Origin: Myxococcota bacterium
GTDB taxonomy: Bacteria > Myxococcota_A > UBA9160 > UBA6930
Direction: 5' to 3'
DNA length: 64,000 nt
NCBI GenBank assembly: GCA_030065975.1
Contig: JASJCN010000008.1
Location: 1,047 to 65,046 of the forward strand
This document shows, one piece after another, positions 44,301 to 52,174 of this stretch. The position numbers were made by a program, and so were the translations under genes. The first letter of the stretch is position 1; the number at the start of each line of letters is the position of its first letter. The notes beneath the pieces were generated by a model. That model saw nothing but the letters and a program-made list of their open reading frames with translations, had not been told where the DNA came from and searched no databases.

Positions 44301-46970
44301 GCGCAGCGTCGCGATCCGACCGAGCGCCGCCTCGAGAGCGCGCGCGTCCTCCAGGTGCTGCCCGCTCCGCGCGAGCGCGGTCACGTGGCGCAAGAGCGAC
44401 GCCACCAGCCGGTCGCGTCGCTGGGGCACGCGCTGGGAGGCCAGCAGGCGCAGGAAGGCGCGCTCGAGGGCGTCGCTCGGCTCGAGGCTGTCGACGCCGT
44501 AGTGGGCGAGCGCGCAGCGCACGCGATCGAGGAACGCCTCGTCGACGCCCGAGCCCGCCGCGTGGATGCGGCGCGCCACCTGCTGCAGACGCGCGTAGTT
44601 GGACGGGCCGGTCGATCCGGAGACCGAGGTCTCCGGCGAGCGGACGAAGAGGCTCGCCACGTCGGCGAAGAGCACGAGCTCCTCGCGCAGGCCCGAGAGC
44701 TGGCTGCCGAAGCGCTCGGGCAACGACTCGGGGAGCGGCGCATCGAGGAGCCGGGCCAGGCTCTCGGTGCGCTCGGGGTCCGCGTCGTAGCCCATCAGCA
44801 CCCGGCGGATCTCGTCGCGCATGGCCGACACGGCCGCGCGCCGCGCGTCCTCGCCCAGGCCACAGGCCGAGGCGAGATCCGGCGTGCCGAGGGGGTTCTC
44901 GTCCGCGGGCCGGAACAGCGCCGCGATGGGATCCGCCTCCTGATGGAGCTCGAGGGCCTGTGCCTTCGGCGCCTCGGCGTCGGTCTGACTCTCGGCGGCG
45001 TCGATCACCAACACCACCTCGCCAGCCGCCACCTGTTGGCCGCGAGAGACGCGGATCTCGCTGACCACGCCGGTGATCGGCGCGTCGAAGCCGACCTCGA
45101 CCTTCATCGCCTCGAGCAGCCCCAGGCGCTGGCCCGCCCGCACGCTGTCGCCGGGCTGCACGTGGATGGCCACCACCAGGGCGGGCGCGGCCGCGCGGAC
45201 CTGCCCGGCGGACTGGAAGCCGAAGCGGTAGGGCACGCCCTCGATCTCGACGCGGACGCCGGCCTCGCTCACGTCGTGCAGCACCCGATGGGAGGCCCCC
45301 ATGGCCTCGAGGCGGGCGGCGTGTGCGTCCTCCTCGCGCAGCCGGACGTGCACGACGCGGTCGTCGAGCCGGACGCGGTAGCGCCAGGCTCCGAGCGCCA
45401 GCACCTGGAGACGCACCTGCTGGCCGCCCTGCTCGAGGTCGACGTCGAGGCCGCTCGACACCGGGATGCGATCGCCCGAGGCCAGGCTCGGGTCGGCGTA
45501 GAAGTTGATGCGCTGGGCGGCGCGGCGCTGCTGGTAACGCAGGATTGCGGCGGTCACGAGGGCGAGGGCCTGGCGCTCGGGGTCGGCGGCGACCACCGGC
45601 GTGCGGTCGAGCCAGGCGACGTCGACGCCGCCGGCGCGGAAGTCCGCGTGGTCCAGGATCGCGGCCAGGTAGCCGCGATTGGTGGTGCCTCCCTCGACCA
45701 CCACCTCGGTGTCGGAGAGCGCGGCCGCGAGACGTGCGCGCGCGGCCTCGCGCGTGTCGCCGACGGCGATGATCTTCGCGATCAGCGAGTCGAACGCCGC
45801 GGGCACGACGCTGCCGGCCACCACGCCCGTGTCGATGCGCAGGCGCGGCCCGAAGGCGGGATCGAAGCGCGCCACGCGGCCCGGCGCCGGCAGGAAGCCC
45901 GCGGCCGGATCCTCGGCACACAGCCGTACCTCCATGGCCGCGCCGGACTCGCGGATCTCGAGATCCGCCAGGCTCTCGCCCCTCCCGATGCGGATCTGCA
46001 GCTCGACGAGATCGAGGCCGGTGAGCGCCTCGGTGACGCCGTGCTCGACCTGCAGGCGCGGATTCATCTCGAGCAGGTAGTAGTCGTCGCCGGCCACGAG
46101 GAACTCGACGGTCCCGGCGCCCTGATAGTCGACGGCCCGCGCGAGCTGCACGGCCGACTCCTCGAGCCGTGCGCGCAATCCCGCGGAGAGCCCCGGCGGC
46201 GGCGCCTCCTCGACCACCTTCTGGTGTCGCCGCTGGACCGAGCAGTCGCGGCAGCCGAGAGCGTGCACGTTCCCGTGGGCGTCCGCGACGATCTGCACCT
46301 CGACGTGGCGCCCGCCGTCGATGCGGCGCTCGAGGAAGAGGCGGTCGTCCCCGAACGCGGTGCGGGCCTCCGAGGCGGCCGACCGGAACGCCTCTTCCAG
46401 GCCCTCGGACGTCTCGACCATCCGGATCCCGCGCCCTCCCCCGCCGGCGGCGGCCTTCACGACCAGGGGATGCCCGAGCCCGGCGGCGGCCTCGCGCGCC
46501 GCCTCGAAGTCGGACACCACCCCGCCGCTCCACGGGATCACGGGCACGCCGGCGGCCTCGGCGATCTCCTTCGAGCCCACCTTGTCGCCCAGGCCGCGCA
46601 TGGCCTCGGGAGAGGGGCCGAGGAACACGATGCCGGCCGCGCGGACCCGCTCGACGAAGCGCGCATCCTCGGAGACGAAGCCCCAGCCGGGCCACACGGC
46701 GTCGCAGCGCGCGCGCAGCAGCGCATCGATCAGTCCGTCGTGATCCAGCCAGGCGGCGGTGTCGCCGTCGGGCGCGTCGAGTCGGAAGGCGGCGTCCGCG
46801 TGGCGCACGAAGGGGGCGTCGCGATCCACGTCCGTGTGGAAGGCGATGCCTTCGAGCGGGAGGCCCTCCCTGCGCCGCAGTGCCTTCAGCGTGCGCAGAC
46901 AGCGCATGGCGGGCTCGCCGCGATTCAGGATCCCGACGCGGCGGAGCGTCCGCGTGCCGGAGTCACTCAT
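41367..46970 (-). CDS. single-chain multidomain biotin-dependent carboxylase (BC - BCCP - central region - carboxyltransferase), acetyl/acyl-CoA carboxylase-like, 1867 aa
   Basis: ATP-grasp biotin carboxylase motifs (VVKAAAGGGGRGIRMV, EMNPRLQVEH). Biotinyl motif LEAMKVE with Lys at codon 623 (45102-45104). Long linker region, then a two-lobed carboxyltransferase (SSGARIALDSG ... VSRYHGGAYVV). Confidence 0.9.
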   Translation of the reverse strand: MSDSGTRTLRRVGILNRGEPAMRCLRTLKALRRREGLPLEGIAFHTDVDRDAPFVRHADAAFRLDAPDGDTAAWLDHDGLIDALLRARCDAVWPGWGFVSEDARFVERVRAAGIVFLGPSPEAMRGLGDKVGSKEIAEAAGVPVIPWSGGVVSDFEAAREAAAGLGHPLVVKAAAGGGGRGIRMVETSEGLEEAFRSAASEARTAFGDDRLFLERRIDGGRHVEVQIVADAHGNVHALGCRDCSVQRRHQKVVEEAPPPGLSAGLRARLEESAVQLARAVDYQGAGTVEFLVAGDDYYLLEMNPRLQVEHGVTEALTGLDLVELQIRIGRGESLADLEIRESGAAMEVRLCAEDPAAGFLPAPGRVARFDPAFGPRLRIDTGVVAGSVVPAAFDSLIAKIIAVGDTREAARARLAAALSDTEVVVEGGTTNRGYLAAILDHADFRAGGVDVAWLDRTPVVAADPERQALALVTAAILRYQQRRAAQRINFYADPSLASGDRIPVSSGLDVDLEQGGQQVRLQVLALGAWRYRVRLDDRVVHVRLREEDAHAARLEAMGASHRVLHDVSEAGVRVEIEGVPYRFGFQSAGQVRAAAPALVVAIHVQPGDSVRAGQRLGLLEAMKVEVGFDAPITGVVSEIRVSRGQQVAAGEVVLVIDAAESQTDAEAPKAQALELHQEADPIAALFRPADENPLGTPDLASACGLGEDARRAAVSAMRDEIRRVLMGYDADPERTESLARLLDAPLPESLPERFGSQLSGLREELVLFADVASLFVRSPETSVSGSTGPSNYARLQQVARRIHAAGSGVDEAFLDRVRCALAHYGVDSLEPSDALERAFLRLLASQRVPQRRDRLVASLLRHVTALARSGQHLEDARALEAALGRIATLRGTVGHEVADAAIEARYVIFDGPQASHRAEHASKALASWLEAAEAEPTAPPDLVLRELADAPAPVFERVGRWLADPDPRRRSIALSVHVRRLYAPAIPSREAAVQVEGGWIERLDLPGGRTILAGTCEAGNEKNALAGLVQAAERERENHEWPAAFAIELFVRGDPEAATSLSDCAVALGHGLPCARFTRTLVAPAGEPPHQTLVPSPEGYRLEETLRGVHPAASERVGLGRLAEFDLELLSARDDVYGFAARSRALPSDERIVVLAEVRSRTPDLGTEARLHVPAFEHVFNEATRTLRLQLGLRDPKRRLQWNRIAIHVIPDIELPRETVSQLISRLAPATRNLGLEKVLVRLHLLDPEAPERPARDLEVVISDVSGQNLTVDWRDARDAPLEPADESERRVAEARRRRLVYPYEIIRMLTGAAGQNAVGTAPETGAGIPAGSFEEYDLDEDAPSNRPRSVAERSYGGNEAGVVFGLIRTPTEGIPEGMERVLLLSDPTRGMGSLADAECDRIVAALDLAEERGVPVDWVPISSGARIALDSGTENLDATARVVRRIVEFTGRGGVIHVIVSGVNVGAQSYFDALATMGQTTKGILIMTEGGSMVLTGRAALEASGSVSAEDEIAIGGHERVMGPNGEAQVRARDLREALRILHAHHEITYVVPGESGPRRQESVDPIDRDPCLAPVEDAACGFRTVGEIFDDETNPARKRPFPMRSVMAAVVDEDAPRLERWEDWVGAETAIVWETRLGGHAVSLIGIESQAIARQGHRPVDGPAEWNGGTLFPGSSKKVARALRSASGSRPAVVLANLSGFDGSPESMRKLQLEYGAEIARAVTEFRGPILFLVVSRYHGGAYVVFSRSLNPRLRVAALTGSYASVIGGSAAATAVFGREVKARAEADPRVRELRARAARSRRSEDQAELAQKLAGVTLEKQAELAAEFDAIHSVERARDVGSIETLVPPAEMRRWLIERLDEGP

Positions 46971-47620
46971 GCCGCGGCCTCGAGCGCGCCGATCGCGCAG
47001 GCCACGAAGCGGCCGTGATGCGAGAGCGAGAGCGGGACGCGGCAGACGTCCGGCTCGCGAGCGGAGCCCACGTCGTCGTTCGAGGCGGCGGTCGTTCGGA
47101 AGGGTGTCCGCACCAGGGTGGGAATCCGATCTTCGCGTTCGACGCGCAGAGCTTCGCCGGGAAATCGCGTCCTGGCCATGGCCAGCGCGAGAGCCCGGGC
47201 CGACTCGGAGGGGCAGGCGCCGGGCCGGATCCGCTCCGCGGCGACCTGGGTGGCGCCTCCGACCCAGGCGTGCACGCGCTCGGCGTCGATCCGGGCGAAG
47301 ACGGGGAGCGAGAGCCCCGACACGCGGACGTCGCCGCGAAGCAGCGAGGAGACCCGCGGGCGAAGCCGGCCCCGGAGCGACACCTCGAAGCCCCGTGGGT
47401 GGAAGGGAAGATCCGGGCGCTGGCGGCGTAGCGCCTTGAAGGCCGCCTCCTTCGCCGCCCAGTGCGCCCAGAGCGAACGCTCCCGGCAGGCGGACGCCTC
47501 GATCGAACGTCGTTCACGATCTCCGAAGACGCGCCGCTCGAAGCGCGGATGGCTCGCGCCCGGTCGCGCCTCGGGGTCGCGCAGATCCACCACGTCGTTT
47601 CCGATGAGCGGCCGGGTCAC
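46967..47620 (-). CDS. 4'-phosphopantetheinyl transferase (Sfp-type)
   Basis: IGNDVVDL and WAAKEAAFKAL signature motifs. GTGA overlap upstream and ATGA overlap downstream. Confidence 0.85.
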   Translation of the reverse strand: MTRPLIGNDVVDLRDPEARPGASHPRFERRVFGDRERRSIEASACRERSLWAHWAAKEAAFKALRRQRPDLPFHPRGFEVSLRGRLRPRVSSLLRGDVRVSGLSLPVFARIDAERVHAWVGGATQVAAERIRPGACPSESARALALAMARTRFPGEALRVEREDRIPTLVRTPFRTTAASNDDVGSAREPDVCRVPLSLSHHGRFVACAIGALEAAA

Positions 47621-48387
47621 GAGCCCGGCTCCGGGGCGCCGAGCACCTGCTCCTCCATCTCGGAGAGGCGCCGGGTGATCTGGCGCGCGACCTCGACCGA
47701 GGCGCGCAGCCCCCGGCGATCGCTCTTCGGCTCGAGGGTCACCGCGGAGACGTGAAAGCGCTCGCCCCTCTTCGGCAGGGACGACCAGCTCTGCTGGGAG
47801 TGGCCCCGCAGGTACAGGCACAGCACGCGGCAGTCGGGGACGGCGCGAACCAGTCGCCCGACCCCCCACGCGCCCGACTTCGGATCCACCCGCCCGCTGC
47901 GGCTGCGTCCGCCCTCGGGAAACATCAGCACCGGGTCGCCGCGCTCGAGCACGTAGCCCACGCGCGCCAGCGTCTTCGCCACGTCGCTGCGGTCGCCGCC
48001 GCGGGTCACGGGGAGACAGCGCGCCATCCAGGCGAGCGCCCGCTGCCAGAAGCCGTGGGCGAAGTTCCGCGTCTCGGGTGTGTTCCACGGAATCGAGGAC
48101 GGCCTGCGGAGGAAGCTCCCGAGATCACCGAGCGCCCAGGCGATCAGGAACGAGTCCACCAGGGTCAGGTGGTTCGCACACACCATGATCGGCTGGGACG
48201 ACTCGCGCCGCAGGCGTCGGAACAGCTCGCGGGTCTCGTCCGCGCCCTCGAGCTTCCAGCCGCGGCTCCGCATCCAGATCAGGCAGAGCGTGACCCAGAG
48301 CGGCGCCAGGACGGCGGAGGCGTGGCGTTGGATGGCCAGGGCTCGAAGCTCGCCCCGACCGAGGGGCTCGGTCATGGTGGATCCCAT
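47617..48387 (-). CDS. PlsC-type 1-acyl-sn-glycerol-3-phosphate/lysophospholipid acyltransferase
   Basis: NHLTLVD (HX4D) and FPEGGRSRSG motifs. Start at 48387 or 48375. Confidence 0.85.
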   Translation of the reverse strand: MGSTMTEPLGRGELRALAIQRHASAVLAPLWVTLCLIWMRSRGWKLEGADETRELFRRLRRESSQPIMVCANHLTLVDSFLIAWALGDLGSFLRRPSSIPWNTPETRNFAHGFWQRALAWMARCLPVTRGGDRSDVAKTLARVGYVLERGDPVLMFPEGGRSRSGRVDPKSGAWGVGRLVRAVPDCRVLCLYLRGHSQQSWSSLPKRGERFHVSAVTLEPKSDRRGLRASVEVARQITRRLSEMEEQVLGAPEPGS

Positions 48388-48447
48388 TGTCGGGAGGACG
48401 CGGGAGAAGGCGGAAGTCTAGGCTTTGCCGGGCGGCGCGCCCGGAGC

Positions 48448-48696
48448 CTACGAGAGACGGGCCGCGATCAGGCGCACGCAGTCGCCGAGGGTCTCGACGT
48501 CGTCGACGTCTTCGTCCGCGATCTCGATGTCGAACTCGTCCTCGAACGCCAGGATGACGTCCACCAGGCGCGCCGAGTTGACCTTGAGGTCGTCGAGGAT
48601 CTTCGTGGTGTCGGACCGCTTCGCGAACGCGTCGGTGTCCTTCACGTAGGGCTCCAGGATCTTCGCCACCCGCTCGCCGATCTGTGCAGACTCCAT
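48448..48696 (-). CDS. acyl carrier protein (atypical NSA in place of DSL around the phosphopantetheine serine)
   Basis: 82 aa, acidic. LDDLKVNSARLVDVILAFEDEFDIEI aligns with the ACP helix II region. AAGGAGAG RBS. Confidence 0.85.
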   Translation of the reverse strand: MESAQIGERVAKILEPYVKDTDAFAKRSDTTKILDDLKVNSARLVDVILAFEDEFDIEIADEDVDDVETLGDCVRLIAARLS

Positions 48697-48730
48697 CGTT
48701 CTCTCTCCTTGCTCTTCTGGTCGTTGGTTC

Positions 48731-48766
48731 GGACCCGTCGGGCCCGTCAGGCCCGTCGGGCCCGTC
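48731..48766. repeat. four tandem 9-bp repeats (minus strand CGACGGGCC-type) spanning the ketosynthase stop codon
   Basis: Plus strand GGACCCGTC GGGCCCGTC AGGCCCGTC GGGCCCGTC. It encodes the C-terminal RRARRA and continues past TGA 48747-48749. Confidence 0.9.
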
Positions 48767-50024
48767 GAAATGCCACTGCGGCGTTCACGTCTCCGAACCC
48801 GAAGCCCGCCTTCACGAGGACGGGGGCTTCCATGGGTCGCGTCTCGCGCACGATGCTCGACTCGAACGCGCCGAGCTCCGGGTGCAGGTCCTCGCAGTTC
48901 TGCGACGCGTGCACGAAGCCGTGCTCGAGCATCACCACCGAGGCCACGGCCTCGATCGCGCCGGCCGCGCCGAGGGCGTGGCCGATCAGCGACTTCGTCG
49001 CGGTGATCGGCGGCAGGTCCTCGGGCGCACACCCGATCGCATCGGCCCAGGCACGCACCTCGCTCGGATCCGCCGCCGTCGCGGTCAGGTGGCCGCTGAT
49101 GGCGCCGATCTCTTCGGCGGAAACGGCGCCGTCGGCGAGGGCTCCGGCGATGCAGCGGCGCACGCCCTCGGGGTTGGGTGCCGTCATGCTTCCGCCGCCA
49201 CGATGTCCGCCGCAGGTCGAGGCGACCCCGACCAGCTCCGCGTGGATGCGCGCGCCGCGCTGGGCGGCGCTCTCGAGGCTCTCGAGCAGCAGCACGCCGG
49301 CTCCGGCCGCCGGCACGAAGCCGCCAGCCGAGGCGCTCATCGGCCGCGAGGCGCGCGCGGGCTCGTCGTTGAAGCCGCGGCACAGCACGCGCATGGAGTC
49401 GAAGCCCGCCCAGATGTACTCGCTCGCCCCTTCCGAGCCGCCACACAGCATGCGCTCGGCCTGGCCGGAGCGGATGCGGTCCGCACCGAGCGCGATGGCC
49501 TCGACGCCCGTCGCACAGGCGCTCGAGTTGGTGGTCACGAGGTTGCCGAGGGCAAAGAGGCCGGAGAGCCGCGCCGAGACGCCGCTCGCCATCACCTGCT
49601 CGACGGCGGTGCTGCCGAGCCTCCGCGCCTTCCCCGCGGAGACGAGGGGCACGACGCGCTCGACGATGGTGTCCATGCCGCCGATCCCCGTCCCGAGGAT
49701 GGCCCCGGCCTCCCAGTCGACCCGGTCGTCGTCGGGATCCGGCCGTTCGAGGCCCGCGTCGGTCCAGGCCTCGAGGGCGGCGAGCGCCGCGTGCCGATGG
49801 GACGAGTTCATGGCCAGCAGCTCGTCCTCGGCGAAGCTCGCCTGGCACAGCTCGTCCACGCCCTGGGGCACGCCGGCGACCTGGCACGCGAGCGCGTGCT
49901 CGGCCATGCCCGGCTGATGGCGGATGCCCGAACGGCCCTTGCGAAGCGCCAGCTCGAAGTCGGCGACGCCGTTCGCGTTGGGCGCCACCACGCCGAGACC
50001 CGTCACGACCACGCGACGTCTCAT
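48747..50024 (-). CDS. beta-ketoacyl-ACP synthase, FabF/FabB-type elongating KS
   Basis: Active-site Cys (TTNSSACATG) and two His (SGHLTATAA, KSLIGHALGAAG). ATGA overlap with the dehydratase gene. Confidence 0.9.
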   Translation of the reverse strand: MRRRVVVTGLGVVAPNANGVADFELALRKGRSGIRHQPGMAEHALACQVAGVPQGVDELCQASFAEDELLAMNSSHRHAALAALEAWTDAGLERPDPDDDRVDWEAGAILGTGIGGMDTIVERVVPLVSAGKARRLGSTAVEQVMASGVSARLSGLFALGNLVTTNSSACATGVEAIALGADRIRSGQAERMLCGGSEGASEYIWAGFDSMRVLCRGFNDEPARASRPMSASAGGFVPAAGAGVLLLESLESAAQRGARIHAELVGVASTCGGHRGGGSMTAPNPEGVRRCIAGALADGAVSAEEIGAISGHLTATAADPSEVRAWADAIGCAPEDLPPITATKSLIGHALGAAGAIEAVASVVMLEHGFVHASQNCEDLHPELGAFESSIVRETRPMEAPVLVKAGFGFGDVNAAVAFRRARRA

Positions 50025-50464
50025 CGGGAGACCTCCATCCCGGAGAGCGTTCCGGAGCAGACGAGCGCGCCGTCCTCGGTTCGCATCTCGGACTCGGCGC
50101 GCAGCTTGCCGCGCCGGTAGAAGAGCTTCTTCGAACGCACGATCACCCGCGTGCCCGGCCGCACCACGCCGGAGAAGTCGACCGCGGCATCGGTGAAGAA
50201 GGGAAGCCCGGGCTTCTCGGACTCGGCACCCAGGTACAGGGCCAGGGGCACGACGCCGGTCTGGGCCATGCACTCGATCAAGAGCACTCCGGGCGTCACG
50301 GGCTCGCCGGGGAAGTGCCCGCGGTAGAAGTCGTGGTCCTCGCGCCAGGTATAGGCCCCCACCGCGTGGTCGGCGTCGATCTCGAGGATCTCGTCGACGA
50401 AGCGGAAGGGCTCCTGCTGGGGAATCCGGCCGAGGATCTCCGCAGGGGTCGGGGGACTAGCCAC
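50021..50464 (-). CDS. FabZ-like 3-hydroxyacyl-ACP dehydratase (hotdog fold)
   Basis: RIPQQEPFRFVDEI ... FYRGHFPGEPVTPGVLLIECMAQ motif. GTG start overlaps the FabG stop by 8 nt. Confidence 0.88.
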   Translation of the reverse strand: MASPPTPAEILGRIPQQEPFRFVDEILEIDADHAVGAYTWREDHDFYRGHFPGEPVTPGVLLIECMAQTGVVPLALYLGAESEKPGLPFFTDAAVDFSGVVRPGTRVIVRSKKLFYRRGKLRAESEMRTEDGALVCSGTLSGMEVSR

Positions 50465-51185
50465 CGAAGAGCCCTCCGTTCACGTGGAGCACGCTGCCCT
50501 GCACGTAGCTCGCGCCGGTGGCGAGCCAGCGCACGGCGTCCGCCACCTCCTCGGGCGTTCCCATGCGGCCCAGGGGCACCCGGGCGAGGATCGCCTCGCG
50601 CGCCGCCTCGGGGAGCTCGGCCGTCATGTCCGTCTCGATGAACCCGGGTGCCACGGAGTTGACCAGGATCGGACGCCCCGCGAGCTCCTGGGAGAGCGAC
50701 TTGGTGAAGGCGTCGAGCCCGGCCTTCGCCATGGTGTAGGCCGACTGGCCGGGATTTCCGGTGTGGCCCACCACGCTCGACAGATTGATGATGCGCCCGC
50801 TCTTCTGGCGCAGCATGAAGCGCCGGAGCACGAGCTTGGTGAGGTACCAGGTGCCTCGGGTCAGCCCCGCGACGGCGTCGTAGTCCTCGAGCTTCATCGA
50901 GGCGACGAGCGCGTTCTTGTTCACGCCCGCGTTGTTCACCAGCACGTCGACGCGCCCGCAGCGCTCCTTGAGCTCCGCGACGAGCCCTTCGACGGCCTCG
51001 GAGTCCGCGAGGTCGGCACCGATGGCGAACGCATCGGGCAGCTTGGCCGCGACCTCCTCGGCGGCGGCGGCGCTGCCGCGGTAGTGGACGGCGACCTGGA
51101 ACCCCTCGGCCCCGAGGGCACGGGCGCACGCGGCACCGATTCCTCGCCCCGCTCCGGTGACGAGTGCGACCTGGGTCTCGCTCAT
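50457..51185 (-). CDS. 3-oxoacyl-ACP reductase (FabG-type SDR)
   Basis: TGAGRGIG, NNAG and YTMAKAG (YxxxK) motifs. ATGA overlap with the KAS III gene. Confidence 0.9.
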   Translation of the reverse strand: MSETQVALVTGAGRGIGAACARALGAEGFQVAVHYRGSAAAAEEVAAKLPDAFAIGADLADSEAVEGLVAELKERCGRVDVLVNNAGVNKNALVASMKLEDYDAVAGLTRGTWYLTKLVLRRFMLRQKSGRIINLSSVVGHTGNPGQSAYTMAKAGLDAFTKSLSQELAGRPILVNSVAPGFIETDMTAELPEAAREAILARVPLGRMGTPEEVADAVRWLATGASYVQGSVLHVNGGLFGG

Positions 51186-52174
51186 GCCGACTCCTCGAAG
51201 CGCAGCAGCAGGCTCGCCCAGGTGAGGCCTCCGCCGACGCCGATCAGCGCCACGTCGTCGCGCGGCGTCCACTTCTCGAACGCCTGGGACACCACCGAGG
51301 CCGAGCCCGGTGCGCCGGTGTTGCCGAACAACGCCACGTTCGAGTGATGCAGCGCGGGATCGATCTCGCACTTGCGGCAGACGGCCTCGAGCATGCGCAG
51401 GTTCGCCTGATGGGCGACGAGATGGAGGCTCCGCTCGGGCGCCGCGTGGGCCTCGCGCAGGCGCTCGAAGCCCTCGGCCGTCTTGCGGATCGCGAACATC
51501 TGCACCGCGCGTCCGTCCTGGGAGAAGTGGCCCGTGCGTGGGACGCGCACCTTGTCGGCGCCCGCCGGGCTCGAGCAGACCTCGGTCGAGAGCACGCGGG
51601 CGCGGCCGCGCAGCCGCGGCGAGACGACGGCCGCCGCCGCCCCGTCACCCCACAGCACGGCCGCTGCGCGGTCGTCGTAGCTCGTGGTGGTGGTCAGCGT
51701 GTCGACGCCGACCACGAGCACGGCGTCGGGCAGGGTCGGCGCCATGCGGGAGAGCACGTCGAGCTGCACCAGGAACGAGGTGCACGCCGAGCTCACGTCG
51801 AAGGCCGGTGCCTCGATGCCGAGCTCCGCGGCGATGGTGCAGGCGTCGGCCGGCGTGAGCGAGCTCGGCGCGGACCCCCCGGCGACGACGAGGCCGATGT
51901 CGGACGGCGCGAGCCCCGCGCGCTCGAGGGCCATGCGGGCCGCCCGTGCGCCGAGGGCACCGTTGTCCTCGGCCGCGGCCTCGGGAGCCGCGCGCACGTC
52001 GCGATTGCGCGTCTCGCGCAGGTAGTCGAGGGGCAGCACGCTGCGGCGCGAGCGGATGCCCACGCGCTCGAGGATCCACGCGTCCGAGGTGCCGATGTCG
52101 AGCGACTCCAGGAAGGCGTTGCTGATCTCGGTCTCGGGATGGGCGTGGCCCAGGGAGAGGAGCTGCAGGCTCAA
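51182..52174 (-). CDS. beta-ketoacyl-ACP synthase III (FabH-like)
   Basis: Cys (DVSSACTSF), His (VAHQAN) and Asn (FGNTGAPG) triad. TTG start in a TTGA overlap with the reductase gene. Confidence 0.85.
   Translation of the reverse strand: MSLQLLSLGHAHPETEISNAFLESLDIGTSDAWILERVGIRSRRSVLPLDYLRETRNRDVRAAPEAAAEDNGALGARAARMALERAGLAPSDIGLVVAGGSAPSSLTPADACTIAAELGIEAPAFDVSSACTSFLVQLDVLSRMAPTLPDAVLVVGVDTLTTTTSYDDRAAAVLWGDGAAAAVVSPRLRGRARVLSTEVCSSPAGADKVRVPRTGHFSQDGRAVQMFAIRKTAEGFERLREAHAAPERSLHLVAHQANLRMLEAVCRKCEIDPALHHSNVALFGNTGAPGSASVVSQAFEKWTPRDDVALIGVGGGLTWASLLLRFEESA

Noticed and set aside
40420-47018. Giant ORFs of 2091 aa (40420-46695, minus) and 1850 aa (41466-47018, plus) overlapping the carboxylase gene.
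   Set aside because: Their translations are Arg/Gly/Ala/Pro-rich low-complexity strings with no family motifs. They are alternative-frame or antisense shadows of the 41367-46970 CDS, which carries the BC, biotinyl and CT motifs. Only the last 281 codons of the 2091-aa ORF (map) are real.
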